Origin: Deinococcales bacterium
Lineage (GTDB): Bacteria; Deinococcota; Deinococci; Deinococcales; JAAFIG01
Direction: 5' to 3'
Length of the DNA: 64,000 nucleotides
Assembly (NCBI GenBank): GCA_043778225.1
Contig: JAYWGM010000061.1
Location: 17,844 to 81,843 of the forward strand
The notes beneath the pieces are model-generated. The model was not told where the DNA came from, searched no databases, and was given only the letters and a program-made list of their open reading frames with translations. The position numbers and the translations under genes were made by a program. Below are positions 16,899 through 26,160 of the stretch, piece after piece; position 1 is the first letter of the stretch, and every line of letters starts with the position of its first letter.

Positions 16899-18869
16899 TT
16901 ACTTTGTCAATGTCTCGAGAACAACCTTAACCACATTCTCCACATTAAATCCGAGTTCCTTAAATACTACCGCATCTGGCGCACTTGCCCCGTACCTGTC
17001 GAGCGTCACCGTGCTGCCATCTAAGCCCACAAAGCGCTCCCAGCCGAGGCTCGAGCCAGCCTCAATCGCCACCCTAGCGCGGATGCTGTTAGGCAGCACA
17101 CTTTCTTTGTACTCGGCACTTTGGCTCGAGTAAATATCCCATGATAATAAACTGACGACTCGGGCTTTTTTGCCTTGCTCGAGCAGTGCCTTTTGCGCCT
17201 CGAGTGCCAAACTGACTTCGCTGCCAGTAGCGATGAGGATTACATCTGGTGTACCGTCTGAATCTGCAACAATGTAGCCACCTTTGGCGGCGTTGGCGTT
17301 AATCTCGAGAACGGGTAAATCTTGGCGGCTAAGAATAATCGCGGTTGGCTTATGTTGTTGCTCGAGGGCAATTTTCCATGCCACACTGGTTTCGTTGGCA
17401 TCGGCTGGGCGAATCACGCTTAGGTTTGGTATGGCTCGTAAGGCTGCCAAATGCTCGATCGGTTGGTGCGTTGGTCCATCTGTGCCTACGCCAATGCTGT
17501 CGTGCGTAAAAACATAAATCACGGGTTGGTGCATCAGGGCTGCCATGCGGATGGCGTTTTTCATGTAATCCGAAAAGGTAAAGAATGTTGCTATAAACGG
17601 GCGCAGTCCAACCAGTGCCATCCCGTTTGCCATACCCGCCATGCCAAATTCGCGCACCCCAAAGTTGATGTTGCGGGCTGCTAAGTTATCCCTTGTCATG
17701 GCTGGTTCGCCTTTAATGACTGTCATGTTGCTGCTGCTCAGGTCGGCACTGCCACCAATCAGACGTGGCTCGAGTTTCACCAGCGCGTTAATACTGTCAC
17801 CGCCAGCGTTGCGGGTGCGTACCATTTTGCCGACTTCGTACTTGGGCATCTGCTCGAGTGGGTAGTGCTGGGTTGGGTTTTGCATCATGCTCAGGAGTTC
17901 TTGGGCGAGTTCTGGGTAGGCTGCCATGTACGCGCCGTACTTGGCGTTGCCAGCTGCCTCGAGTGCCGCACCTTTTGCTCCAGCCTCGAGCCACGGCGCT
18001 GCGCCTTCTGGGTCTATAAAAAATGGCTCGAGGTTACTAAAACCATAGTGTTTCTTGGCAAAAATCACGTCGTCCGCACTGGGGGCTTTGCCGTGAACAT
18101 CTGCAAGTCCCGCTTTTGGCAGTCCGTAGCCAATCGTGGTTTTGACCTTGATTAAACTTGGGCGTGGGTCGGCTTGGGCGGCTCTAATCGCATTCTCGAG
18201 TCCAGTATAATCGGTGTCGCCGTCGGTAATCTCGAGAACGTGCCAGTTATAGGACATAAAACGCTGGGTAATATCCTCAGAAAATGCCCATTGGGTTGGA
18301 CCATCTAACTGAATTTCGTTGTCGTCGTAAAGCATAATCAGCTTACCTAGCCCAAGATGCCCTGCCAGACTGGCGGTTTCGTGCGAAATCCCTTCTTGCA
18401 GGTCGCCGTCCGAGCAAATACCGTAGACAAAACCATCCACAATTTCGTGCTGGTCGCGGTTGTAACGAGCCGCTAAATGCTGCAAACTCAATGCCATACC
18501 GACGGCATTGGCAAAGCCTTGCCCCAATGGACCGGTTGTGGTTTCGACTCCGACGGTGTGTCCAACTTCGGGGTGTCCTGCCGTGGCACTGCCCCATTGC
18601 CTAAATTGCTTAATCTGCTCAAGCGGCAAGTCGTAACCCGTTAAATGCAGCGCTGCATATTGCAGCATACTGCCATGACCAGCGCTTAAAACAAACCTAT
18701 CTCGAGCTAACCAAGCTGGGTTTTTAGGGTTGTAGCGCATGATTTTTGTCCACAGCACATAGCCAATCGCCGCCATGCCAAGTGGCGCACCGGGGTGTCC
18801 TTCCTTGGCTTTACAGATGGCATCGAGGGCGAGGGCGCGGAGGGTATTGACGGCAAGGGTGTCATTCAT
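16899..18869 (-). CDS. tkt: Transketolase
   Basis: GHPGAPLG, RDRFVLSAGH, TTGPLGQG, DGDLQEG, GVREFGM, THDSIGVGTDGPTHQPIE. Confidence 0.97.
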   Translation of the reverse strand: MNDTLAVNTLRALALDAICKAKEGHPGAPLGMAAIGYVLWTKIMRYNPKNPAWLARDRFVLSAGHGSMLQYAALHLTGYDLPLEQIKQFRQWGSATAGHPEVGHTVGVETTTGPLGQGFANAVGMALSLQHLAARYNRDQHEIVDGFVYGICSDGDLQEGISHETASLAGHLGLGKLIMLYDDNEIQLDGPTQWAFSEDITQRFMSYNWHVLEITDGDTDYTGLENAIRAAQADPRPSLIKVKTTIGYGLPKAGLADVHGKAPSADDVIFAKKHYGFSNLEPFFIDPEGAAPWLEAGAKGAALEAAGNAKYGAYMAAYPELAQELLSMMQNPTQHYPLEQMPKYEVGKMVRTRNAGGDSINALVKLEPRLIGGSADLSSSNMTVIKGEPAMTRDNLAARNINFGVREFGMAGMANGMALVGLRPFIATFFTFSDYMKNAIRMAALMHQPVIYVFTHDSIGVGTDGPTHQPIEHLAALRAIPNLSVIRPADANETSVAWKIALEQQHKPTAIILSRQDLPVLEINANAAKGGYIVADSDGTPDVILIATGSEVSLALEAQKALLEQGKKARVVSLLSWDIYSSQSAEYKESVLPNSIRARVAIEAGSSLGWERFVGLDGSTVTLDRYGASAPDAVVFKELGFNVENVVKVVLETLTK

Positions 18870-18957
18870 CGCCCTTCATCATACAAATTTGGCTGGCTCG
18901 AGATATAAGAGTTGAATTTGGTCTAAAACAATTCCAAAAACAGGTAAGCTATCAAGC

Positions 18958-19200
18958 GTGAATAAGTACCAAATGCCGCCTCTAACCGCGATTCGTTTTG
19001 CCATGCTGGCGCTGCTGGCTGGTTTACTGGTGGCACTGGCGCTTGGTGTGGCTGTGCCGCGTCTGGTCATCGTGCTGTTGATTGTTGCCCAAGCAGGATT
19101 GCGTTTTTTTGTCAGCCGCCACGACCCCAAACTTCGTAACTCGAGCCTCTTTCAAATGCTGGTGTCAACCGTGCTTGGCTATCTCATTCTGACCAGTTAA
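18958..19200 (+). CDS. Small membrane protein
   Basis: Two to three hydrophobic segments; TAAGCT-N7-GTG. Confidence 0.6.
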   Translation: MNKYQMPPLTAIRFAMLALLAGLLVALALGVAVPRLVIVLLIVAQAGLRFFVSRHDPKLRNSSLFQMLVSTVLGYLILTS

Positions 19201-19209
19201 ACTCTGACC

Positions 19210-20082
19210 ATGACTGAAGACTGGCTAAGTTCATTATCTCGAGCCTCGAGTGCAGTCTTGGCGCAAATTGGGGCAGTGGTCGGACGCGCCCCATTGGAAA
19301 TCATCAATGGGGCAATCAATAAAAAGGCTTTTGAATTGCACAGCAACCTCAAATACGGCTTATTAGAGCGACAAGTGCTGGATTTATATCTTGTGCCAAA
19401 GGCTGTGGCTACACTGGTTTTTGTTCATGGTGGCTATTGGGATGCGGGCAGCAAAGACGAATATCCTTTTGTTGCCGAAAGTCTGTGCCTAGCTGGTTTT
19501 AGTGTCGCGGTGGTCAATTATCGGCTTGCTCCAGATGGCGTTTTTCCACGGATGGTGCAGGATGTGGCTTTAAGCATTCAATGGTTGTTGCGTCAATTGC
19601 CAATTTACGGCATCACCTCGAGCAAATTAGGTTTACTTGGGCATTCGGCAGGAGCGCACATCATTGCGCTGTTGTGTGTCAATCCAATTTATCTCGAGCG
19701 GGTCGGGCTTAACCGCCAAGTAATTAGCGCCAGTGTTGGCATTTCAGGACCTTATGATTTTCTCGAGTGGCTCGAGACCGACCCTCGGGCGCAAAAAGCC
19801 ATGGGCGCACGCGAACAGTGGCTCGAGACCCAACCAGCTTTGATTGCCGATGGCAAAAACCCACCAATGTTGCTGCTGCATGGCGCGAAAGATACCCTGT
19901 GCAGTCCAGCCCACGCGCCGCGCCTTGCCCACGAGATTCGACAACGTGGCGGCGACGTGGACTGGAAAGCCTACGAAAATCTCGATCATTTTAGAATTAT
20001 TGGGGCGTTTTCTAAGTTGCTGCGTTTTCTCGAGCCAAAGGTTTTAGATGATACAGTCGCGTTTTTTAAGTCGCATTTTTAG
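19210..20082 (+). CDS. Alpha/beta hydrolase (BD-FAE/kynurenine formamidase-like esterase)
   Basis: VFVHGGYW, NYRLAP, GHSAG nucleophile, HG.KD, DH. Confidence 0.9.
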   Translation: MTEDWLSSLSRASSAVLAQIGAVVGRAPLEIINGAINKKAFELHSNLKYGLLERQVLDLYLVPKAVATLVFVHGGYWDAGSKDEYPFVAESLCLAGFSVAVVNYRLAPDGVFPRMVQDVALSIQWLLRQLPIYGITSSKLGLLGHSAGAHIIALLCVNPIYLERVGLNRQVISASVGISGPYDFLEWLETDPRAQKAMGAREQWLETQPALIADGKNPPMLLLHGAKDTLCSPAHAPRLAHEIRQRGGDVDWKAYENLDHFRIIGAFSKLLRFLEPKVLDDTVAFFKSHF

Positions 20083-21914
20083 ACTTGTTCAAAGCGTTTA
20101 ATTTTGCCACACGCAATATAGGATTTTCCATCTGGTGCGGTCATCACTTCATCCACCACATAAAGCATTCCATCCTCGCGGATTGAGCGCGGAAAGCGCA
20201 TATTCCAAGTCGGTTCAAAACCATCCGAGACGACTCGAGCGCGGAGTTTACTGCCTTCTTTGACGCATTGAATCAGCACCGCATCGGTCGTGTCCGAAGT
20301 CACTTCGAGGTCGGCGGCGGTGGCTGGGGCGCTGCTGGCTTTACCTGTGCTGACTCGTTTGCTGCGTTGTGGGGCGCTGTAGGTGTCGGCTTCCCCTGCT
20401 CTGACAAGGCGGCTGATTGTGCCAATGGCTCGGTAAAAACTGCCATCGGAGGAAGTCTCGAGTTGCTCGACCACGTACTTGACTCCTTCGGCACGAATCG
20501 CCCGTGGAAACTGAACATTCATGCTTTGGTCGTAAGCTGAATTTAAGACTTTAATTTTTAGTTTGCCATTTTCGCGCACACATTGCACTTCGATACCCGT
20601 GCTGGCTTCGGCAACAACCGCTAAATTGCGTACTTCGTCAGTGGTTTCAATGCCGCGTCCAGCCAAGTCGGCACGGTTGCGGCTCAGTCCTTGGAAGGAT
20701 TGGTCGCGCAGTTCTTTGCGGGTCTCGCTCGAGACATTTTTATTGCCAACTCGAGCCGCAAAATACTCAAGTTGCTCGAGTTCTTCAGCAATTTCAAAGT
20801 TCTCGTGCAGTCCTTGCTGGCGAATCTGGTTCATCACGCCACGCAAGGTTTTTTCGGCTTCTGAGTATTTGTTTTGGTCAGTTTGTTCTAAAGCGGTGTC
20901 TTTGGCTTTGGCAATTTTTAAGCGAGCCAATTCGACCCGAACCCCAGTCGGTGCGGCGGCGGCGGCAGCTTCGATTGTGCCAACTTCGACGGTCACCAGA
21001 ATCTCACCACTGATGCTTTTAATTGCGTCATCTTCGATCGCATCGGCACGAAAACTGGCTTTACAAATCTCGAGCAGACCAGCTTTGTTTAGCTCGGATA
21101 AATCGAGGGTCAAGCCCAACAATTTATCTTCACCATCAAAAATATCGCCCAAGACAAGGCTACCAATGCCGTCTTTTTCCACAAGTTTGGCGGCGCTCAG
21201 TGTGCCGAGTAATTTTGTTGCGCCTTTCATCTCGAGGCTGACCACTAAATTCTGTGCCAAGACCGATTTCATCGTCTCGAGTTCAATCTTAAAAACTTGG
21301 GCGGCATCTTCGGTATTTTGAATAAAGTAAAAATTGCCACTGGCGGCGCGAGCCATGCCAATCAGCAAGTCTTCTTCAAAGCCACTACCAAAGCCAAGGG
21401 TGGTGGTAATAATCCCTTCCTCGAGTTTTTGCATGGCGGTTTTGGTTAAAATTTTCATATCGGTGATGCCTTCGTTGGCATGACCATCGGTCATCAGCAG
21501 CACACGGTTAATGGCTTGTGGGTCGTACTGACTTTTAACGTGCTTGCAGCCTTCGAGCCAGCCACCTGAAAGGTTGGTTGTGCCACCCGCCCGAATACTG
21601 CGAACTTTTTCTTGCAAGGCTTTTGGGTCGGTGGCGAGTTGCGGTGCAATAACAGTAGACACATGATCGTCAAAGGCAACCACACTGATTGTATCGGTCG
21701 GCTCGAGCGCATCTATTACGGCTTGGGCAGCTTTGATTGCATGGCGTAATGCTCCGCCAGCCATCGAACCGCTGCGGTCTATAACCAGCGAGATATTCAG
21801 TCTGCGGCGTGGTTTGGCACTGGCTGGAATGCGAAAGCGCAGCAGCACATCGGTCGCGCCACTCGAGCCAAGCGGCAAGATACGCTGGGAAAAAGCAAAA
21901 TCGGTTTCTATCAT
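20079..21914 (-). CDS. von Willebrand factor A protein (YfbK/CaCC-like) with two tandem ~60-aa C-terminal repeats
   Basis: MIDAS DRSGS, GGTTNL, LMTDG; repeats QCVRENGKLK...QFPRAIR..G.KYVV and QCVKEGSKLR...RFPRSIR..G.LYVV; AAGGAG RBS. Confidence 0.88.
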   Translation of the reverse strand: MIETDFAFSQRILPLGSSGATDVLLRFRIPASAKPRRRLNISLVIDRSGSMAGGALRHAIKAAQAVIDALEPTDTISVVAFDDHVSTVIAPQLATDPKALQEKVRSIRAGGTTNLSGGWLEGCKHVKSQYDPQAINRVLLMTDGHANEGITDMKILTKTAMQKLEEGIITTTLGFGSGFEEDLLIGMARAASGNFYFIQNTEDAAQVFKIELETMKSVLAQNLVVSLEMKGATKLLGTLSAAKLVEKDGIGSLVLGDIFDGEDKLLGLTLDLSELNKAGLLEICKASFRADAIEDDAIKSISGEILVTVEVGTIEAAAAAAPTGVRVELARLKIAKAKDTALEQTDQNKYSEAEKTLRGVMNQIRQQGLHENFEIAEELEQLEYFAARVGNKNVSSETRKELRDQSFQGLSRNRADLAGRGIETTDEVRNLAVVAEASTGIEVQCVRENGKLKIKVLNSAYDQSMNVQFPRAIRAEGVKYVVEQLETSSDGSFYRAIGTISRLVRAGEADTYSAPQRSKRVSTGKASSAPATAADLEVTSDTTDAVLIQCVKEGSKLRARVVSDGFEPTWNMRFPRSIREDGMLYVVDEVMTAPDGKSYIACGKIKRFEQV

Positions 21915-22078
21915 GGTGTTCTCCTTGTTTGGTTTAGTGCAGTATAAGGTCTATCAAGAGTGGAATTTGTGAATTAAGCAACGACTTGCAAAATTTTTGT
22001 TCTGCTGGTATCATAACACATCGCAAGAAAATGCTAGGCTGCGAAATCCGATACGCACCACTCGAGAAAGGAAGACCC

Positions 22079-22381
22079 ATGAAAATCATTCGACACGGCG
22101 ATGTTCTGCTTACACCAATCACCCAACTGCCACGCCATGCCCAAGCCAAAACAGGTGTCACCCTCGCTCGCGGCGAAGTGACGGGGCATAGCCACCGCAT
22201 TCTCGAGGCACACCAAGCCCAGATGTTTAGTGCTGGCACAGATAATTTCCTCGAGATTACCAGCCCCAAAGCCACCCTGGTTCACGAAGAACACCATGCG
22301 ATTGTTCTCGAGCGCGGTTTGTACAAGGTCTGGATGCAGCGCGAATACCGCCCAGACGCAAATCGTTGGGTCGAGGATTAA
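22079..22381 (+). CDS. Small conserved His-motif protein (RHGDV / GEVTGHSH / HEEH / QREY)
   Basis: Motif pattern recalled from small proteins encoded beside DUF6745 genes; AAGGA RBS before ATG 22079. Confidence 0.78.
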   Translation: MKIIRHGDVLLTPITQLPRHAQAKTGVTLARGEVTGHSHRILEAHQAQMFSAGTDNFLEITSPKATLVHEEHHAIVLERGLYKVWMQREYRPDANRWVED

Positions 22382-22384
22382 ATC

Positions 22385-23140
22385 ATGTACGCCATCCTAA
22401 ACCGAGGAGGAATGCGCCAATTTCGCAGCCCAAGCCCAAAACTCGAGACCACACAACCCATACCAGCCCTCGAAGCCCAAAAATTATTATTGGCTGGTCG
22501 TGGTTGGGAAAATATGCGTGTTTTGGGCGCACTCGACTTTGCTAACTCAAGCCTTGATTGGCTACCAGACGGCTTACACTGCGCCAGCTTGAACCTGTCT
22601 AACTGCCCAAATCTAAGCCAAATTCCAGACCGCCTCGAGACTCGTTTTTTGGATATTTCTGGCAATCGGCAAATTACCCAGCTACCCGAAAGCACAGTTA
22701 TTCACAGTGTCCTCGAGCTTGCTAAAAGTGGGCTGTGCGGTTTACCTACTAATCTGCGGGTGCGTTTACACTGGGACGGCGTACCGATAACCGAACGCAT
22801 GGCATTTTACCCAGAAAGCATTTCGGGGCAAGACGTACTGCGCGAAGATAACCTCGAGACTCGGCGTGTTTTGCTTGAGCGTATTGGATACGACCGCTTG
22901 ATGCTCGAAGTTGGCGGTTTAATCCTTGACCGCGACACCGATGCGGGCGGGCAGCGCAAACTGATTCGGATTCCTCTGGACGATGACGAAGACATCATGC
23001 TGGTGGCGGTTTTTTGTCCCAGCACGGCACACCAGTATGTTTTGCGTGTCCCACCTTTTATGCGTTTCTGCCACCAAGCGGTGGCATGGCTGGCTGGCTT
23101 TGAAAATGAGCGCGATTACCAAGTGATGGCAGAAGCCTAA
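22385..23140 (+). CDS. DUF6745-like protein with N-terminal LRR-like repeats
   Basis: LPDGL, LNLSNCPNLSQIP, LDISGN repeats; EDNLETRRVLLERIGY; V.CPST...Y.LRVPP....C.QAVAW..GF. Confidence 0.8.
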   Translation: MYAILNRGGMRQFRSPSPKLETTQPIPALEAQKLLLAGRGWENMRVLGALDFANSSLDWLPDGLHCASLNLSNCPNLSQIPDRLETRFLDISGNRQITQLPESTVIHSVLELAKSGLCGLPTNLRVRLHWDGVPITERMAFYPESISGQDVLREDNLETRRVLLERIGYDRLMLEVGGLILDRDTDAGGQRKLIRIPLDDDEDIMLVAVFCPSTAHQYVLRVPPFMRFCHQAVAWLAGFENERDYQVMAEA

Positions 23141-23141
23141 A

Positions 23142-23320
23142 TGATACCAAATTAAGGTAAAGAATTGCTTTTTGATTCTTTACCCGACCAACGGGAGTAT
23201 TAACGATACCGAATTTAACGCGAGAACGGCAGTTTGCCGTTTTTTGCGACCCAAGCCCGTAAGGTGCTGTTTTCAGGGTCAAGATTGGCAAACGAGAGTG
23301 ATTAAGTTAATTCGGTATGA
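23142..23320. repeat. Composite ATACC...GGTAT-bounded miniature repeat (Deinococcota SNR/MITE-like)
   Basis: ATACCGAATT (23206-23215)/AATTCGGTAT (23309-23318) inverted ends, second end ATACCAAATT at 23144, hairpins, CCCGACCAACGGGAG motif. Confidence 0.6.
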
Positions 23321-23415
23321 GTGATGTGCAAAAATAAGAGCAGCGATGAGAAAGCCCAAGACTGGTGCCTCAAGCTCGTAGCCCATAGCCCCATAAATTT
23401 GTTACGCTAACCCTA

Positions 23416-24417
23416 ATGCTCGAGATACCTCCTTTGTACACCTTGCCTTTGGCGTTTTTTACGGCTCGAGCAGGCGACACCCGAAAAGTCAGCCGCGACA
23501 GTTTAGACCAGTTAATTGCCCAGCAAGTGCAGTTTGTGGCAGTTCAGAATTTAGACTGGTCAACGGTGCGGCGCAGTCTTTTTTTTGCCTATCAGCATTT
23601 TCAATATGTTTACCCAAGCACAGTGCAAAATTTATCGCAGCGCCTTTTGGTCAAGCCACAACATAAGTATGGCGGTCAGCAATTGCTCGATTTTAAGTTG
23701 ACAGTCGAGCCAATTGTGCTTGCAACCAAAGTTCAGCACGATGGTTTTGGCAACACCATGCTGCATCTCGAGGTGGCGCACATCAGTCATTGGACCAGTT
23801 TTGAAGTGATGTTTTGTGTTGAAAATACAGCCCAGCCAAGCAACCCAAAAATCTTGAGCCAGCAACTTAGGCAATTTTTCGCCAGTACCCATCTGACCCA
23901 AGCCAACCCTCAGATACTCGAGGTGGCTCGAGATTTACAGCGCCAGTCGAGCAGTCCACTTCATTTTGCCCAAAGGGTTTGTGATTGGGTCTACCAAGCC
24001 ATGAAGTACAAAAATGGAATCACCAATGTTCAGACCACGGCTGCCCAAGCGCTCGAACTTGGGGCTGGGCTTTGCCAAGATTACAGCCATATCATGTTGG
24101 CGATTTGTAAAGCTGGCGGGTTATCAGCCCGCTATGTTTCTGGGCATATGCTCGGTGAGGGCGGCTCTCATGCGTGGGTCGAGGTGCTGCTCGAAAACCA
24201 AATTGGTCAATTGGAAGCCATCGGTTTTGACCCAACCAATGCCCGAAGACCCAATTTGGGCTATACCGTGGTCGCCATTGGGCGTGATTACAACGATGTG
24301 CCACCGACTTCTGGGCGGTTTATTGGAGACTCGGCTGGGGTGCTGCATTTTGAGAAATTTGCCGGTTTACTTGAGCTTGAATTGTTTGATGGGCAGATTA
24401 TCCGTCCAAGGGTTTAG
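23416..24417 (+). CDS. Transglutaminase-like protein (Bact_transglu_N + core)
   Basis: DGFGN, GLCQDYSH catalytic Cys, RYVSG, SHAWVE, GFDPTN, GRDYNDVPP. Confidence 0.9.
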   Translation: MLEIPPLYTLPLAFFTARAGDTRKVSRDSLDQLIAQQVQFVAVQNLDWSTVRRSLFFAYQHFQYVYPSTVQNLSQRLLVKPQHKYGGQQLLDFKLTVEPIVLATKVQHDGFGNTMLHLEVAHISHWTSFEVMFCVENTAQPSNPKILSQQLRQFFASTHLTQANPQILEVARDLQRQSSSPLHFAQRVCDWVYQAMKYKNGITNVQTTAAQALELGAGLCQDYSHIMLAICKAGGLSARYVSGHMLGEGGSHAWVEVLLENQIGQLEAIGFDPTNARRPNLGYTVVAIGRDYNDVPPTSGRFIGDSAGVLHFEKFAGLLELELFDGQIIRPRV

Positions 24418-24454
24418 CACAGCAAAAATTATAAAACTGGTTTACAATAGTGGC

Positions 24455-25414
24455 GTGACCCAACCTAGCAGCGCCATCCCCGGATTTCGTACTCGTTTGC
24501 TTTTAGGAACGGGGCAGACCAGCATTGTTTACTTAGCCGACGATAAAGACGGACGCGAAGTTGCCTTAAAAGTTCCCAGACCAGAAATTCGCAATGACCC
24601 AATTTTGGGCAAGGTTTTTTATAACGAAGTGGTGATGCTTAAAACCCTCGACCACCCCAATGTGGTGCGTTACTTCACTGGTGTGCCGTCGGGTGGTCAT
24701 GCCCATTTGGCAGTCCAGTATTTCCCAGAAGGCGAACTGAACTCAACTCAGATGAGTCTCGAGACGATTTTGGCGATTCTTTTGGATATCGCCAGTGCGC
24801 TCGAGTATTGCCACTCTAAAAAAGTGGTGCATCAAGATGTCAAGCCCAACAACATTTACACCGCCAATGGTCGTGGGTTTTTAGCCGATTTTGGGGCTGC
24901 CTCGAGTGATAAAAACCCCACACCACCCGCCGGAAGCCCTTTTTATATGGCACCAGAGGTTTTTCGTGGCGAACACGGCACGCCAAAATCTGATGTCTAT
25001 AGTTTTTCGGTGATGGCGTATGAACTGCTTGCTAAGCGCCGTCCGATTCTGGGCGAAAGCGTCGAAGAACTCCAGATTGCCCACATGACCAAAATCCCGA
25101 TACCAATCAAAAACATGAGTGCAACTGTGCCGCGTTCTCTAGCCAAACTGATAGACCGTGGTTTATCCAAAGAAGTCGGTTTTCGTCCGATCATGCGCGA
25201 TTATCGGGTCGTCTTAAACGATATTCTGAGTGGTGACACCGTAACTGAAAACGATACCAGTACCCAAGAACAAACCATCGAGATGCCACCGCTACCAGGC
25301 TCAACCGAACCAAGCATGGTCTTTGGACGTGCGCCAAAAACAGCGCCAAAAGCAGCCTCGGAAAAAGCACCTACCAAGCAAGGGATTATCGGTAAACTTT
25401 TTGGGCGCAAATAG
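24455..25414 (+). CDS. Hanks-type Ser/Thr protein kinase (cytoplasmic, non-RD)
   Basis: LGTGQTS, VALK, HQDVKPNN, DFG, YMAPE, DVYS; start GTG 24455 after TACAAT-N6. Confidence 0.9.
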   Translation: MTQPSSAIPGFRTRLLLGTGQTSIVYLADDKDGREVALKVPRPEIRNDPILGKVFYNEVVMLKTLDHPNVVRYFTGVPSGGHAHLAVQYFPEGELNSTQMSLETILAILLDIASALEYCHSKKVVHQDVKPNNIYTANGRGFLADFGAASSDKNPTPPAGSPFYMAPEVFRGEHGTPKSDVYSFSVMAYELLAKRRPILGESVEELQIAHMTKIPIPIKNMSATVPRSLAKLIDRGLSKEVGFRPIMRDYRVVLNDILSGDTVTENDTSTQEQTIEMPPLPGSTEPSMVFGRAPKTAPKAASEKAPTKQGIIGKLFGRK

Positions 25415-25446
25415 GCGCTAATTTGTGGCTTCTCGAGTCGCAAAGC

Positions 25447-26160
25447 CTAAAGCGCCAAATAGGCTTTTTTGACCCGCTCATCCTCGAGCAGTTCTGCGCC
25501 CGTTCCCTCGAGGGTCACAACTCCGTTCTCGAGAACATACGCTCGATTGGCAAGCCGCAAACTTTGGCGCACATTTTGTTCGACCAACAAAACCGAGACT
25601 CCGCGTTTTGAAACCGCCTCGAGTGCCGCAAAAACAATTTGCGTCAGCTTGGGCGATAACCCAAGGCTTGGCTCATCCACCAACATTAAACGCGGTAACG
25701 CCATCAAAGCCCGTGCTACGGCTAACATTTGCTGCTCTCCACCCGATAATGTCCCTGCCAGTTGGGTTTTACGTTCCTCGAGCCTTGGGAAAAGTGTGTA
25801 CATCTGGCGGCGGGTTTTTTCTCGAGCCACCCAAGCATCGGATTTTGCTGAAGCCCCCAATTCAAGGTTATCTGCCACGCTCATCAGTGGAAATAACTGC
25901 CGACCTTCTGGCACATGAGCCAGTCCAGCCCGAACAATTTCGGCACTCGAGGCATTGGTGATGCTATTTCCAAATAACTGAATTGTGCCTTCGGTGGCAC
26001 GAATCAGGCTTGAGATGGTTCGCAGCATGGTGGTTTTCCCTGCCCCATTGCTGCCAACCACAGTCACAAATTCGCCATCCTCGACCCTTAAAGAAACACC
26101 CCACAAAACCTGTACCTTGCCATAAGCGGCTTCTAAATTTTCGACTTCTAAGGCATTCAT
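25447..26160 (-). CDS. livF: Branched-chain amino acid ABC transporter ATPase
   Basis: GSNGAGKTT, VPEGR, LSGGEQQMLA, DEPSLGL, LVEQN. Confidence 0.92.
   Translation of the reverse strand: MNALEVENLEAAYGKVQVLWGVSLRVEDGEFVTVVGSNGAGKTTMLRTISSLIRATEGTIQLFGNSITNASSAEIVRAGLAHVPEGRQLFPLMSVADNLELGASAKSDAWVAREKTRRQMYTLFPRLEERKTQLAGTLSGGEQQMLAVARALMALPRLMLVDEPSLGLSPKLTQIVFAALEAVSKRGVSVLLVEQNVRQSLRLANRAYVLENGVVTLEGTGAELLEDERVKKAYLAL

Noticed and set aside
24014..24454. 147-aa N-terminal extension of the kinase in the ORF track
   Set aside because: Overlaps the transglutaminase gene in another frame; TACAAT-N6-GTG at 24455 gives a better start
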